From contig CAZLUD010000003.1 of assembly GCA_964562615.1 (NCBI GenBank), positions 2,885 through 66,884 on the forward strand: 64,000 nt of DNA, written 5' to 3'. Shown here one piece after another: positions 28,317-38,400 of the stretch. The notes beneath the pieces were generated by a model. It saw only the letters and a program-made list of their open reading frames with translations, made no database searches and had not been told where the DNA came from. Every line of letters starts with the position of its first letter. Positions within the stretch are counted from its first letter, which is position 1. The DNA is from an uncultured Candidatus Saccharibacteria bacterium (lineage in GTDB: Bacteria > Patescibacteriota > Minisyncoccia > Phycocordibacterales > UBA12088). The position numbers were made by a program, and so were the translations under genes.

Positions 28317-28337
28317 GGTACTCTCTCATACACACAT

Positions 28338-28763
28338 ATGGCGAAAAAAATTCCAGTAAAACAGTTGAAGCTACAAATACAGGCGGGTAAGGCTACCCCA
28401 GCGCCGCCTGTGGGTCCTGCGCTTGGTCAGGCGGGTATTAACATTGGTCAATTCGTAAACGAATTTAACGAGAAAACAAGGGAGTTTATGGGATCGGTGA
28501 TTCCAGTCGTTATCTCGGTATACGACGACAGATCATTTAGTTTTGAACTAAAGAAGCCTCCTGCATCTAACCTTATTCTTAAAAAGCTAGGTAAGGAGAG
28601 TGGATCAGGCAAGCCAAATGTTTCTAAGATTGGCGCTCTCACCAAAGATCAGCTTAAGGAAATCGCATTTGAAAAAATGGAAGACCTTAACACCAATGAT
28701 GTGGAGCAAGCAATGAAGATTATTGCAGGTACCGCACGGTCAATGGGAGTAGACGTGAAGTAA
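28338..28763 (+). CDS. rplK: 50S ribosomal protein L11
   Basis: [34 protein letters not shown] is the canonical L11 N-terminus. Confidence 0.9.
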   Translation: MAKKIPVKQLKLQIQAGKATPAPPVGPALGQAGINIGQFVNEFNEKTREFMGSVIPVVISVYDDRSFSFELKKPPASNLILKKLGKESGSGKPNVSKIGALTKDQLKEIAFEKMEDLNTNDVEQAMKIIAGTARSMGVDVK

Positions 28764-28780
28764 TACATATAACAAACAAC

Positions 28781-28814
28781 AAAAGAGCGCCGGCATGCCG
28801 GCGCTCTTTTGTTG
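28781..28814 (+). terminator. rho-independent terminator directly after rplK, with no rplA following
   Basis: aaaaGAGCGCCGGCatGCCGGCGCTCttttgttg. Confidence 0.8.
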
Positions 28815-28861
28815 TCTAATATTTTGTGGTATGGTCTCGATAGCAAAAATGGAGGTGTAAG

Positions 28862-29470
28862 ATGTTTGTGGACACGACGCTGGGGGATTGTGTTCTTGAA
28901 CTAACAAATCATATCGGGCAGCCAGCATCATTTCATTCGATTGATTATCTAGGTCATAAAATTCATTCCCTTGGTAAACAAGTGGGCGCAAGACCAACCG
29001 CGAAAGTTCTATTTCTTCTACCAAATAGCATGGTAGTGCTCGTTTCAAGAAATAAAAAGAATGAAGAAAAACGATTTTGCTTTCCTGGGGGTGGCATAGA
29101 GTATAACGTCCCAGGAGAGAACCTGCTTCCTGCGCTCATGCGGGAAGTAGTAGAGGAGGTGCGAATAGTTAAAGGTGGCATCGATTGGGATGGAGCAAAA
29201 TTTCTTGGTCCGCATCTGGTCAAAACAAAAAGAGATGGGTGGAAACAAAAATTATTATTGCCGGTTGTTTGTCGTTGTACTTCAGATTTTGAAGTGATAC
29301 CAAATCTTGGTGGTGATGGACCACCAGATCAGATATATACAGCAACACCAGAGGAGGTTTCTGAACTCTTAAAAAGGTATCCACAACGTCAAGACAGAGA
29401 AGGCTATATAGGAAAAGCAATTGCTTCAGCATTGCGAATACATAAACTGCACGTGAGAGAGGTGGCTTAG
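28862..29470 (+). CDS. NUDIX-family hydrolase (divergent)
   Basis: FCFPGGGIEYNVPGENLLPALMREVVEEVRI is Nudix-box-like. Confidence 0.55.
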   Translation: MFVDTTLGDCVLELTNHIGQPASFHSIDYLGHKIHSLGKQVGARPTAKVLFLLPNSMVVLVSRNKKNEEKRFCFPGGGIEYNVPGENLLPALMREVVEEVRIVKGGIDWDGAKFLGPHLVKTKRDGWKQKLLLPVVCRCTSDFEVIPNLGGDGPPDQIYTATPEEVSELLKRYPQRQDREGYIGKAIASALRIHKLHVREVA

Positions 29471-29491
29471 GCCACCTTTTCTTTTTATAAG

Positions 29492-30181
29492 CTATTTCCT
29501 TTTTGTGTCACCTTTTATATCTCTATCCATATAGAGCTTAGGGAGCATCATCTCTGGCTTCCAGTGCTTTTTTAATTCACGCAATTCTTTGTGTGGGTTG
29601 TATTTACCAGTCTCTGCATAATCCTTACCGTTAATCGGTCCCGTTTCAAAAAAAATTATTTGCGCGATTCTTCTGCCCACGACAAGCGGAATTAGGTAAT
29701 TACTACTGTTATTGGTTATTTCCATTGTCCAGCGATTTACATATCCCACATCACCCCATCCCGCGCATTTACAGACTTCTATAAAATTTCTACCAAGCGA
29801 AGAGCGTGCCTTCATCATGGTGGTGATGTGGTTTCGCCCACCAATAAATTCATTGGTATGTGCCAATATGGTTTCTCCGGGGCGAAGTAAGATCACCTTG
29901 TCTGTTGGTGATATACCATCCCATTCAAAATTGTATTTTTTAAATTCTTCCTTCGCGCTCATTGCCTTATGTGGATTTTTTGCGCCCCAGACATGCTCCA
30001 TGTGTGACTTGCTCCAAATGTTATAGAGCGAGTGGTTGTGTTCAATTGGTTGTTCTCTGAAGTACCACTCTCCCAAGGTGACATCATAGCTTGAGGTGGC
30101 AAGGTTTTCTTTGGTAAACGGTTCAATGATAATGTCTCCACGCGCGATTTCCTCAAGAATTTTTTTGTCTGAAAGTGCCAT
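29492..30181 (-). CDS. dcd: dCTP deaminase / dUTPase-superfamily protein (long form)
   Basis: MALSDKKILEEIARGDIIIEPF...SYDVTLG...ILLRPGETILAHTNEFI matches the dCTP deaminase N-terminus and core. Confidence 0.75.
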   Translation of the reverse strand: MALSDKKILEEIARGDIIIEPFTKENLATSSYDVTLGEWYFREQPIEHNHSLYNIWSKSHMEHVWGAKNPHKAMSAKEEFKKYNFEWDGISPTDKVILLRPGETILAHTNEFIGGRNHITTMMKARSSLGRNFIEVCKCAGWGDVGYVNRWTMEITNNSSNYLIPLVVGRRIAQIIFFETGPINGKDYAETGKYNPHKELRELKKHWKPEMMLPKLYMDRDIKGDTKRK

Positions 30182-30250
30182 AGGATTGTAGTATACCGCA
30201 TAGGTCTATGAGTGGGCGAGGCGTACCCCTCATGCTATATTGAAAAAATC

Positions 30251-31513
30251 ATGAATAGCGACTACCTACAATCACAAGATCCTGAAGCTTTTAGAGCGGT
30301 ACGAGGCGAGGAAATTCGAGCGCAAGATGGTCTCGAGCTGATTCCTTCTGAAAACTATGTATCTGAGGCGGTAAGGGAGGCAGTGGGTAGTGTGTTTACC
30401 AACAAATACGCTGAAGGACTTCCGGGCAAGCGGTATTATGGCGGACAAACGTATACTGATGAGATTGAAAACCTCGCGATACATCGCGCGAAACAGCTTT
30501 TTGGTGCGGCGTATGCAAATGTTCAACCACTCTCCGGTGCGCCAGCTAATCTTGCGGTGTATCATGCGCTCCTTTCTCCCGGAGACACCATAATGGGTAT
30601 GGACCTCTCTCACGGCGGGCATCTTACCCACGGCCATCCGATGACAATTGCGTCAAAGCTGTTTCGTTTTGTGACCTATAAAATGAAGAATCCAGATACT
30701 GGTGAAATAGACTACGACGCAATGCGGGAGGTTGCCCAAAGAGAAAAGCCAAAACTTATTATTGCGGGATTCAGCGCATACTCACGTGAACTTGACTATG
30801 CGGCGTTTACTCGTATCGCCAAAGAAGTTGGTGCGTACACCATGGCGGACATTGCACATATCGCAGGGCTCATTGCGGGTGGGGTAGCGCAAAATCCTTT
30901 TACTAGTGGTTTTGATCTTATGACCACTACCACACACAAAACATTGCGTGGCCCTCGCGGCGGTATGATTTTAGTACGAGAGAATGAAGAGATAAAAAAG
31001 AAAATCGACAAAGCAATATTTCCAGGCCTACAAGGTGGCCCACACATGCATGCGATAGCAGGGAAGGCAGTGGCATTTGGCGAGGCGCTCCACCCTTCGT
31101 TTGCAGTATACACAGCGCAGATACTAAAGAATGCAAAAGCAATGGAGGAAGTGTTTAGGAGCGCGTCAATCAGAATGCTTGGTGGCGGGACAAGCAATCA
31201 TCTTATTCTTGCGGATGTGTATGGATCCCTCGGAATCTCGGGAGGAGAGGCGGAAACGCTACTTGATTCGGTAGGTATAACCCTTAATAAAAACATGATC
31301 GCTGATGATGTGAGAAGCGCCTTTGATCCAAGTGGCATACGATTTGGTACTCCAGCAATAACCACAAGAGGATTTAAAGAACAAGAAGCAAAAAGAGTGG
31401 CAGAGCTTATGGTAGATGTTTTGCAAAAGAGAGACGCAATTACAGTAGCAGCTGTTCTAAAGGAGGTGACCGCACTGGCACATACATTTCCAATTCCAGC
31501 ATCTTTCGTGTAG
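30251..31513 (+). CDS. glyA: serine hydroxymethyltransferase
   Basis: LELIPSENYVSEAVREA...NKYAEGLPGKRYYGG...TTTTHKTLRGPRGG covers the PLP-lysine region. Confidence 0.9.
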   Translation: MNSDYLQSQDPEAFRAVRGEEIRAQDGLELIPSENYVSEAVREAVGSVFTNKYAEGLPGKRYYGGQTYTDEIENLAIHRAKQLFGAAYANVQPLSGAPANLAVYHALLSPGDTIMGMDLSHGGHLTHGHPMTIASKLFRFVTYKMKNPDTGEIDYDAMREVAQREKPKLIIAGFSAYSRELDYAAFTRIAKEVGAYTMADIAHIAGLIAGGVAQNPFTSGFDLMTTTTHKTLRGPRGGMILVRENEEIKKKIDKAIFPGLQGGPHMHAIAGKAVAFGEALHPSFAVYTAQILKNAKAMEEVFRSASIRMLGGGTSNHLILADVYGSLGISGGEAETLLDSVGITLNKNMIADDVRSAFDPSGIRFGTPAITTRGFKEQEAKRVAELMVDVLQKRDAITVAAVLKEVTALAHTFPIPASFV

Positions 31514-31519
31514 TATCGT

Positions 31520-31774
31520 GTGGGCAACAAGGAGAACCCAATGCACAATCCGTGGGGAAATCTTGAGCTCTACGAACAGATAACAAGGATGATGTTGTGC
31601 GTATGCAACGCAGGGCTGCCACAACGCCGCCCCACCATGACGGCAACTGAACAAACAATAGCCTTGTTTATCATTGATGAAATGATTTCGTGCGAGGACA
31701 CCCCTATGTCGGTAGTGCTTAACTTATTGGTACTCCGATTGGCATTTCTGTATGCAGATATTGAGCCCCAGTAA
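31520..31774 (+). CDS. small hypothetical ORF (84 aa), doubtful
   Basis: ORF only. It ends inside the terminator hairpin and has no recognisable motif. Confidence 0.2.
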   Translation: MGNKENPMHNPWGNLELYEQITRMMLCVCNAGLPQRRPTMTATEQTIALFIIDEMISCEDTPMSVVLNLLVLRLAFLYADIEPQ

Positions 31775-31790
31775 TGGGGCTCATTTCTTA
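31764..31790 (+). terminator. rho-independent terminator
   Basis: GAGCCCCagtaatGGGGCTCatttctt. Confidence 0.6.
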
Positions 31791-31819
31791 TACAAGTTTT
31801 TCATGCTTAAATCATAATA

Positions 31820-32935
31820 ATGATGAAGGTATACGAACAGCTCTATCTTTTTGTTGAGAGGAATGAAAAAATTCTTTCGTGGATAGCATTCCTCACTGGT
31901 TTTACGTGGGACAATCTTACTCTCGGCCGCATTGATAGATTATTTGACCTGCTTATTTTGTGTGGGTTACTTGTGGTCGCTACTCTCGGCATGCTCGCAG
32001 TAGCATACGCAGAGAGCGAGCTTCGAAAGCCTGAAGTGCTCTCTAGGGTGTCTGCGTGGCTTCCTCTCATCATGCAATTTTCCCTCGGAGGGCTCTTTAG
32101 TGGGTTGTTTGTATTTTATTCACGGAGCGGGTCGCTTGCTTCTGGATGGCCATTTGTACTGTGCATCACCTTACTGCTTATCGGGAACGAATTTTTTAGG
32201 AGGCGGTACCAAGGTATAGTTTTTCAAACCGCAATATATTTTGTTGCCGCACTTTCACTTAGCGCCCTTATCACTCCGGTTTTATTAAAAAAGATGTCAC
32301 CGGAGATATTTATACTAAGTACCGTGTTTGCGTGGGTGTGGATGATGATAGTCTTAAAGGGCGTTCGCCGGGTTGCGCCACGCCGATACAAAGAAGGTAA
32401 GTGGTATATCCGCGGGGTAATAATAGCCGAGCTAGCACTATTTATTACATTGTATTTTAGCAATATCATCCCCCCTATACCGCTAGCGGTAAAAGAGGTA
32501 AGTATATTTCACTCTGTTGTGCGTACCGCGGACGGTAACTATGAAGTTTCGTATAAAACCAAAGAAAGCACTCTTCCGTTTGTGGGCAAGTTACTTTCTA
32601 CGTTTACCCATTCAGATAGAGTGGTGTACCAAAGCACTAATCCCGTGTATTGCTTTTCATCAGTCTTTGCACCTAACGCACTATCAACCACAGTAGTACA
32701 CAGTTGGGAATATTATAATGAAAAGAATGGAGAGTGGGAGGTGGTATCTAAAATACCGTTCGCGCTTTCGGGTGGGAGGGATGGTGGATTTAGAGGCTAC
32801 ACACTAAGGGGCAATCTCGAGAAGGGAACATGGCGGTGTGATGTAGAGACAACTCGCGGACAGCTTATCGGCAGAAGAACCTTTGAGGTGCGAACAGGTG
32901 AGAGTGATGCTGCATTCAATATTGAAACAAGATAG
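31820..32935 (+). CDS. polytopic membrane protein with a C-terminal DUF2914-like beta domain
   Basis: About 7 N-terminal TMs. The C-terminus WEYYNEKNGEWEVVSKIPFALSGGRDGGFRGYTLRGNLEKGTWRCDVETTRGQLIGRRTFEV fits the DUF2914 pattern. Confidence 0.55.
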   Translation: MMKVYEQLYLFVERNEKILSWIAFLTGFTWDNLTLGRIDRLFDLLILCGLLVVATLGMLAVAYAESELRKPEVLSRVSAWLPLIMQFSLGGLFSGLFVFYSRSGSLASGWPFVLCITLLLIGNEFFRRRYQGIVFQTAIYFVAALSLSALITPVLLKKMSPEIFILSTVFAWVWMMIVLKGVRRVAPRRYKEGKWYIRGVIIAELALFITLYFSNIIPPIPLAVKEVSIFHSVVRTADGNYEVSYKTKESTLPFVGKLLSTFTHSDRVVYQSTNPVYCFSSVFAPNALSTTVVHSWEYYNEKNGEWEVVSKIPFALSGGRDGGFRGYTLRGNLEKGTWRCDVETTRGQLIGRRTFEVRTGESDAAFNIETR

Positions 32936-33163
32936 CGTATACTATATTTACCATGGCGCAATTTGACGATTTGGTGTTTGAAAAGCAGTGGAATAAGAAG
33001 TTGCAATTATTGGCGTTTTTTGCCGTACTTGCACTTACCTTTGAAGTTCTTAAACTACTGGTTGATCTTGATAAAAAGTATCAGGTGTTTGGTATTGTTC
33101 CAGAAATACAAGCGCAAGAAGTGGCAGAAGAGTAATACTGTATCAGGTTGAGCATTTGCCGTT

Positions 33164-34861
33164 TTGTGGCATGCTTCCACTATGAAAGAAACGGAAGAAT
33201 TAAAAATCGCCATACAGGGAGCGCTTACACAGCTTGGAATAGATGGCGGTGATTTTTCTGTTACCGCGACTGATGATGTGACACATGGCGATTTTGCATC
33301 AAATGTTGCGTTTGTGGTGGCAAGCGTGACAGGATTGACTCCAATTGAGGAGGCAAAGCGGATACTGACACAGATACAACTACCTTCCTATATTGACGCA
33401 GCTACCGTAGCAAAACCTGGGTACATCAATTTTTCATTCACCAGAGAATACTTTTTAAAGACGATAACCTCATTGAGGAGCGATAGTGGGGCATGGGGCA
33501 CATCAACATCATTACAGGGTAGACGGATATTGGTTGAGTATACGCAACCAAATCCCTTCAAGCCATTTCATATTGGACATCTCATGTCTAACACTATTGG
33601 AGAATCGATTTCTCGTCTCATTGAAAATGCCGGCGCCACCATTAAGCGCGCAAACTATCAAGGCGACATCGGCCCCCACGTAGCAAAAACAATGTGGGCG
33701 CTCATGAAGCGTGGCGCATCTGCTGATGATGTATCGGTGCTCGCTGCCGCATATGTAGAAGGAACTGCGGCGTATGAAGAAAACCTCGAAGCAAAACAAG
33801 AAATAGATGATATCAATAAACGCTTGTATAGCGGTGAGTTACGTGAGTCGCCATTGTATATACAAGGTAGAGAAACCTCACTCGCGCGCTTTGAAGAGCT
33901 TTATGCAATACTTGGTACCACATTTGATTACTATTTTTTTGAAACAGAGTCTGCGCCAGTTGGGCGGGAGGTAGTAACAGAGGGTCTTGCAAAAAAAATC
34001 TTTGAAGAGAGTGATGGAGCGATTGTGTTTAATGGTGAGCAATACGGACTCCATACTCGAGTGTTTGTTACGTCAAAAGGCACACCAACGTACGAAACCA
34101 AAGAGCTTGGTCTTGCCGTGTTAAAGCGAAAGGTATTTCCGTATGATGAAAACATAACCATCACCGCGGTTGAGCAGGAACAATATTTTAAGGTGGTAAC
34201 AAAGGCGATGGATATGGTGTGGCCGATACACGCTGGTACCTATAGGCACATTTCTCATGGCATGATGCAGCTTGCTGAGGGTAAGATGTCCTCACGAAAG
34301 GGGAACGTTATTACCGGCGAATCACTCATTGATGATATGCGAGAGAAAGCATATGAGAAAATGAAGGAGCGAGAGCTTGGTGATAAAAAGGCAGAGATAG
34401 CTGATGCCGTAGCAGTAGCAGCGATAAAATATTCAATTCTCAAACAAAGAATGGGAAAAAACATCGCTTTTGATCAAGAGGCATCACTTTCATTTGAAGG
34501 CAACTCGGGTCCATACCTACAATACGCGCATACTCGCGCATGTTCTGTGCTTCGCAAAGCATCCGCAATAGGACTACAAGCATCATATGATGAAGTGCCA
34601 GGTGTAGCATCACCCCTTGAAAAAGAGTTGGCGCGTTTTCCTCAGGTGATTGCACGAGCGTTGCATGAATACGAACCACACCATCTTACCACCTACCTTA
34701 CGCGACTCGCGGCGCTGTTTAATAGTATGTACGCGCAAGAAAAGATTGCGGTAGCAGATGACGTGTACGCACCATATAGGGTCGCGGTTACGGACGCTTT
34801 CAGGATCACCATGGAAAGAGGGCTGTACCTTTTAGGTATAAAATCACCCACAGAAATGTAG
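33164..34861 (+). CDS. argS: arginyl-tRNA synthetase
   Basis: PFHIGHLMSNTIGESISRL (HIGH). KMSSRKGNVIT (KMSKS-like). The C-terminal DALR-like domain is present. An alternative start lies at 33182. Confidence 0.9.
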   Translation: MWHASTMKETEELKIAIQGALTQLGIDGGDFSVTATDDVTHGDFASNVAFVVASVTGLTPIEEAKRILTQIQLPSYIDAATVAKPGYINFSFTREYFLKTITSLRSDSGAWGTSTSLQGRRILVEYTQPNPFKPFHIGHLMSNTIGESISRLIENAGATIKRANYQGDIGPHVAKTMWALMKRGASADDVSVLAAAYVEGTAAYEENLEAKQEIDDINKRLYSGELRESPLYIQGRETSLARFEELYAILGTTFDYYFFETESAPVGREVVTEGLAKKIFEESDGAIVFNGEQYGLHTRVFVTSKGTPTYETKELGLAVLKRKVFPYDENITITAVEQEQYFKVVTKAMDMVWPIHAGTYRHISHGMMQLAEGKMSSRKGNVITGESLIDDMREKAYEKMKERELGDKKAEIADAVAVAAIKYSILKQRMGKNIAFDQEASLSFEGNSGPYLQYAHTRACSVLRKASAIGLQASYDEVPGVASPLEKELARFPQVIARALHEYEPHHLTTYLTRLAALFNSMYAQEKIAVADDVYAPYRVAVTDAFRITMERGLYLLGIKSPTEM

Positions 34862-34901
34862 TTGCATAAAGGAAGTTTTTGGAGTAATTTCTCAATAGGC
34901 A

Positions 34902-35345
34902 ATGAGGGGGGTCGCTATGTCTAACGTGGTTTCTCTTTTTCCGAATAAACCTGTTATGCCAGTTTTGGAGGTAAGTAGATTTTGCGTAAAAATTAACTTC
35001 ACTGTCGGGTCAATGCATACCCAACAGCCAGTAGAGTGCGATTCATTACATGAATTATTCGGGGAAGCATTTACTTCCATAGGATTGTGGGTGGAAAGGA
35101 ATGTCAGAGTAGGCAGGCTCTGTATCATTTTGAAGGCAAAAAATGGAAGAATTTTATTCTCCGATGATTTTTTTTATAATCACACAACGATTATGTCTTT
35201 TCTTGCCACTGATTTGGCAAGAATAAGGAGTGATGTAACTACTGGTATCATATGTAATGAATACATTATCAATGTTCATTACATTAGTAATGTAGAGATA
35301 ATTAATCTCATGCAATACCGAACTAAAATAGGCTCACGAAAGTGA
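34902..35345 (+). CDS. orphan hypothetical protein (147 aa)
   Basis: A clean ORF between argS and ileS with its own terminator. I recognise no motif. It is AT-rich. Confidence 0.4.
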   Translation: MRGVAMSNVVSLFPNKPVMPVLEVSRFCVKINFTVGSMHTQQPVECDSLHELFGEAFTSIGLWVERNVRVGRLCIILKAKNGRILFSDDFFYNHTTIMSFLATDLARIRSDVTTGIICNEYIINVHYISNVEIINLMQYRTKIGSRK

Positions 35346-35357
35346 GCCGCCTTTTTT
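35331..35357 (+). terminator. rho-independent terminator
   Basis: GGCTCACgaaaGTGAGCCgccttttttg. Confidence 0.75.
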
Positions 35358-35417
35358 GCGTGACAAATTGGGCGCGCGATACTACTATGGGTGATGTACG
35401 CATAGATAGCCAAACCC

Positions 35418-38400
35418 ATGAAAGACTATAACGATTTTATGAAAGAATACGCCTCTGGCGAGGCAGCGAAACGGGAAAGCAACATACTTGCTTTTTGGGA
35501 CGAGCATGAGGTATTCAAAAAAACACTAGAGAAAGACTCACCAAAAGGCGAATTTATTTTCTACGAAGGTCCACCAACTGCTAATGGTCGCCCAGGTATA
35601 CACCACATTGAGGCTCGATCATTTAAGGATATTATTCCTCGATATAAGACCATGCAGGGGTATCATGTTCGCCGAAAAGGCGGGTGGGATACACACGGTC
35701 TTCCGGTTGAGCTTGAGGTTGAAAAGCGCCTTGGACTAAAAAATAAAAAAGACATAGAAACATTCGGTGTCGCTGCATTTAATGAGGAGTGTAAAAAAAG
35801 CGTGTGGACATACGCGAGCGAGTGGCAGGCATTTACAAAACGCATAGGCTATTGGGTAGATATTGAAGATGCCTATGTCACCTATAAAAGTGATTACATC
35901 GAGTCGGTGTGGCATGTAGTAAAAGAAGCAGACAATAAAGGTCTATTGTATAAGGATTATAAGGTGGTGCCATGGTGTGCTCGCTGTGGGACAGGGCTAT
36001 CAAGTCACGAACTAGCCCAAGGATATGACGAGGTCTCTGACGTATCAGTGTACGTAGCCTTTAAGGTGATTGCAGAAGAGAATACGTATTTGCTCGCGTG
36101 GACCACAACGCCGTGGACTTTGCCTGGTAATGTTGCGCTTGCGGTGCATGAGTCAGTCGAGTACGTAAAAGTAAAAAAAGATGACGCGTACTACTATGTG
36201 GCAAAAGAACGAATGGCCGTTTTGGGCGAAGAGGTGATGGTTGTAAGTAGTCACATGGGTAGTGATTTGGTGGGTATCTCGTATGAACCGCTGTTTCCAT
36301 ACCTTGCCGACTTGTTACCGACAGATCAACAAGAGCGATTAGAAAAGGCGTATAAGGTATATCCTGCGTCATTTGTCACTACCCTTGACGGTACCGGCAT
36401 TGTGCACACTGCCGTCATGTACGGACAAGATGATTTTGAGCTTGGTACGGTGGTGGGGCTACCAAAATTTCATCTTGTTGATGAAAGTGGAAAATTTGTT
36501 AACGGTACCGGCTCGTTACAAGGGCTTGTGGCAAAAGAAAAAGATGTTTTTTCTGAGGCAGAAAAAACCATATTGCGTGAACTTGGAGAGCGCATCTTTA
36601 AAAAAGAGAAAGTCACGCACACCTATCCATTTTGTTGGAGATGCAAACAACCGATTATCTACTACGCTCATGACTCGTGGTATTTTGCGATGTCAAAACT
36701 CCGTGACACGCTCGTAGAGGAGAATCAAAAAATTAATTGGGAGCCGTCCCACATCAAAGACGGACGATTTGGTGAATGGCTCAGTGGGGTAAAGGATTGG
36801 GCGCTGTCACGTGAGCGATATTGGGGCACGCCACTACCAGTCTGGGTATCGTCAGATAATAAAGAGCGACTCGTGGTTGATTCTATTGCCACCATGAGGG
36901 CGCACATGAAGCCGCCCAAGAATACGTTTGTTGTTATGAGGCATGGCGAGGCGCAGTCAAATGCTCATCAGTATTTAAATAGCAGTATTGATGCGCGTAA
37001 CGTACTTACCGATGAAGGAAAGCGACAAGTGCAGGCCCGCATAGAGGAGCTCAAGTCACTTGGTATAACAAAAGTATATACATCGCCACTACCGCGAACC
37101 ATGGAGACTGCTGCATGTATTACCGAGGCGCTCCAGCTTCCTCCGGCTATCATTGATGACCGTTTGAGAGAGACAAATTTTGGAGTCTTTGACGGAAGAC
37201 CTATTCATGAGATGGATGCGGTAATTCCACATCACAAATCATTTACCCATGCTCCAGAAGGAGGGGAGACTATCCGTGATGTCCGCACTCGAGTAGGTTC
37301 GTTTTTGTCTGAAAGAGATAATGAACACGAGGGAGAATCTATTCTTGTCGTTACCCATGCAGACGTGGTGTGGATGAGTCTTGCTATCTCAAACGGGTAT
37401 AGTGAGGATCGTTCAAAGAAAGCATATAAAGAAGGTGATTTTCCAAAAACAGCAGAAATACGAACCGTCTCATTTGTCCCACTTCCATACAATGCATCAT
37501 ACGAAATAGATTTACACCGCCCTTATGTAGATGATGTTGTCCTCTATAGCGACAAAGGAACCCCACTCACTCGTGTGAAGGAGGTTATGGATGTGTGGTT
37601 TGACAGTGGCTGTATGCCCTATGCACAAGACCACTATCCATTTGAGAATAAAGAGTGGGTAGACAATCACGGCTTTCCTGCAGACTATATTGCAGAAGCT
37701 ATCGATCAGACAAGAGGATGGTTTTATACGCTGCATGCGGTGGGGGTACTATTAGGACGCGGCAGGGCATATAAAAATGTCATTTGTTTAGGGCATATAC
37801 TTGATGACAAGGGAAAGAAGATGTCTAAATCACTTGGGAATATTGTAAATCCATGGGAGATGATGGCGCTTCATGGAGTTGATGCACTCAGATTGTTTAT
37901 GTATAGCGTCAATCAACCGGGTGATTCGAAAAATTTTGACCAAAGCACCGTCGACGAGATCACCAAAAAAGTATTTAACCCACTTATAAATACTGTTGCC
38001 TTGTATAGACTTTACGCAAAGGAATCCACGGCAAATCCATTTGAGAGTCCGCACGTGCTTGATATGTGGATATTGGCAATGCTTTCTCGACTAATCACCA
38101 CCACCACAAAGGCGCTTGATGAGTATCGGCTACTTGAATCTTCTCGCGCAATACGAGACTTCATAGCCGACCTGTCTCAGTGGTATGTGCGTCGTTCTCG
38201 GGATAGATATAAAGGCGATAATGAAGAAGATGCCAGGTTTGCGCTTGCTACCACTCGGTATGTACTCGAAACACTTGCAAAAGTGATGGCACCATTCACT
38301 CCTTTTATTGCTGAAGAGGTATATCAAACAGTTCGCACCAACGAAAGCCCATTAAGTGTGCATCTTGCCGCATGGCCACAACCTGCTGGAGATAACGAAG

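Noticed and set aside
36925-37508. Intein inside ileS
   Set aside because: The insert has no Cys/Ser at an N-terminal splice junction and no terminal His-Asn plus Cys/Ser/Thr. Instead it has the ordered RHG...R...E...H motifs of a histidine phosphatase. I treat it as a domain insertion, not a self-splicing element.
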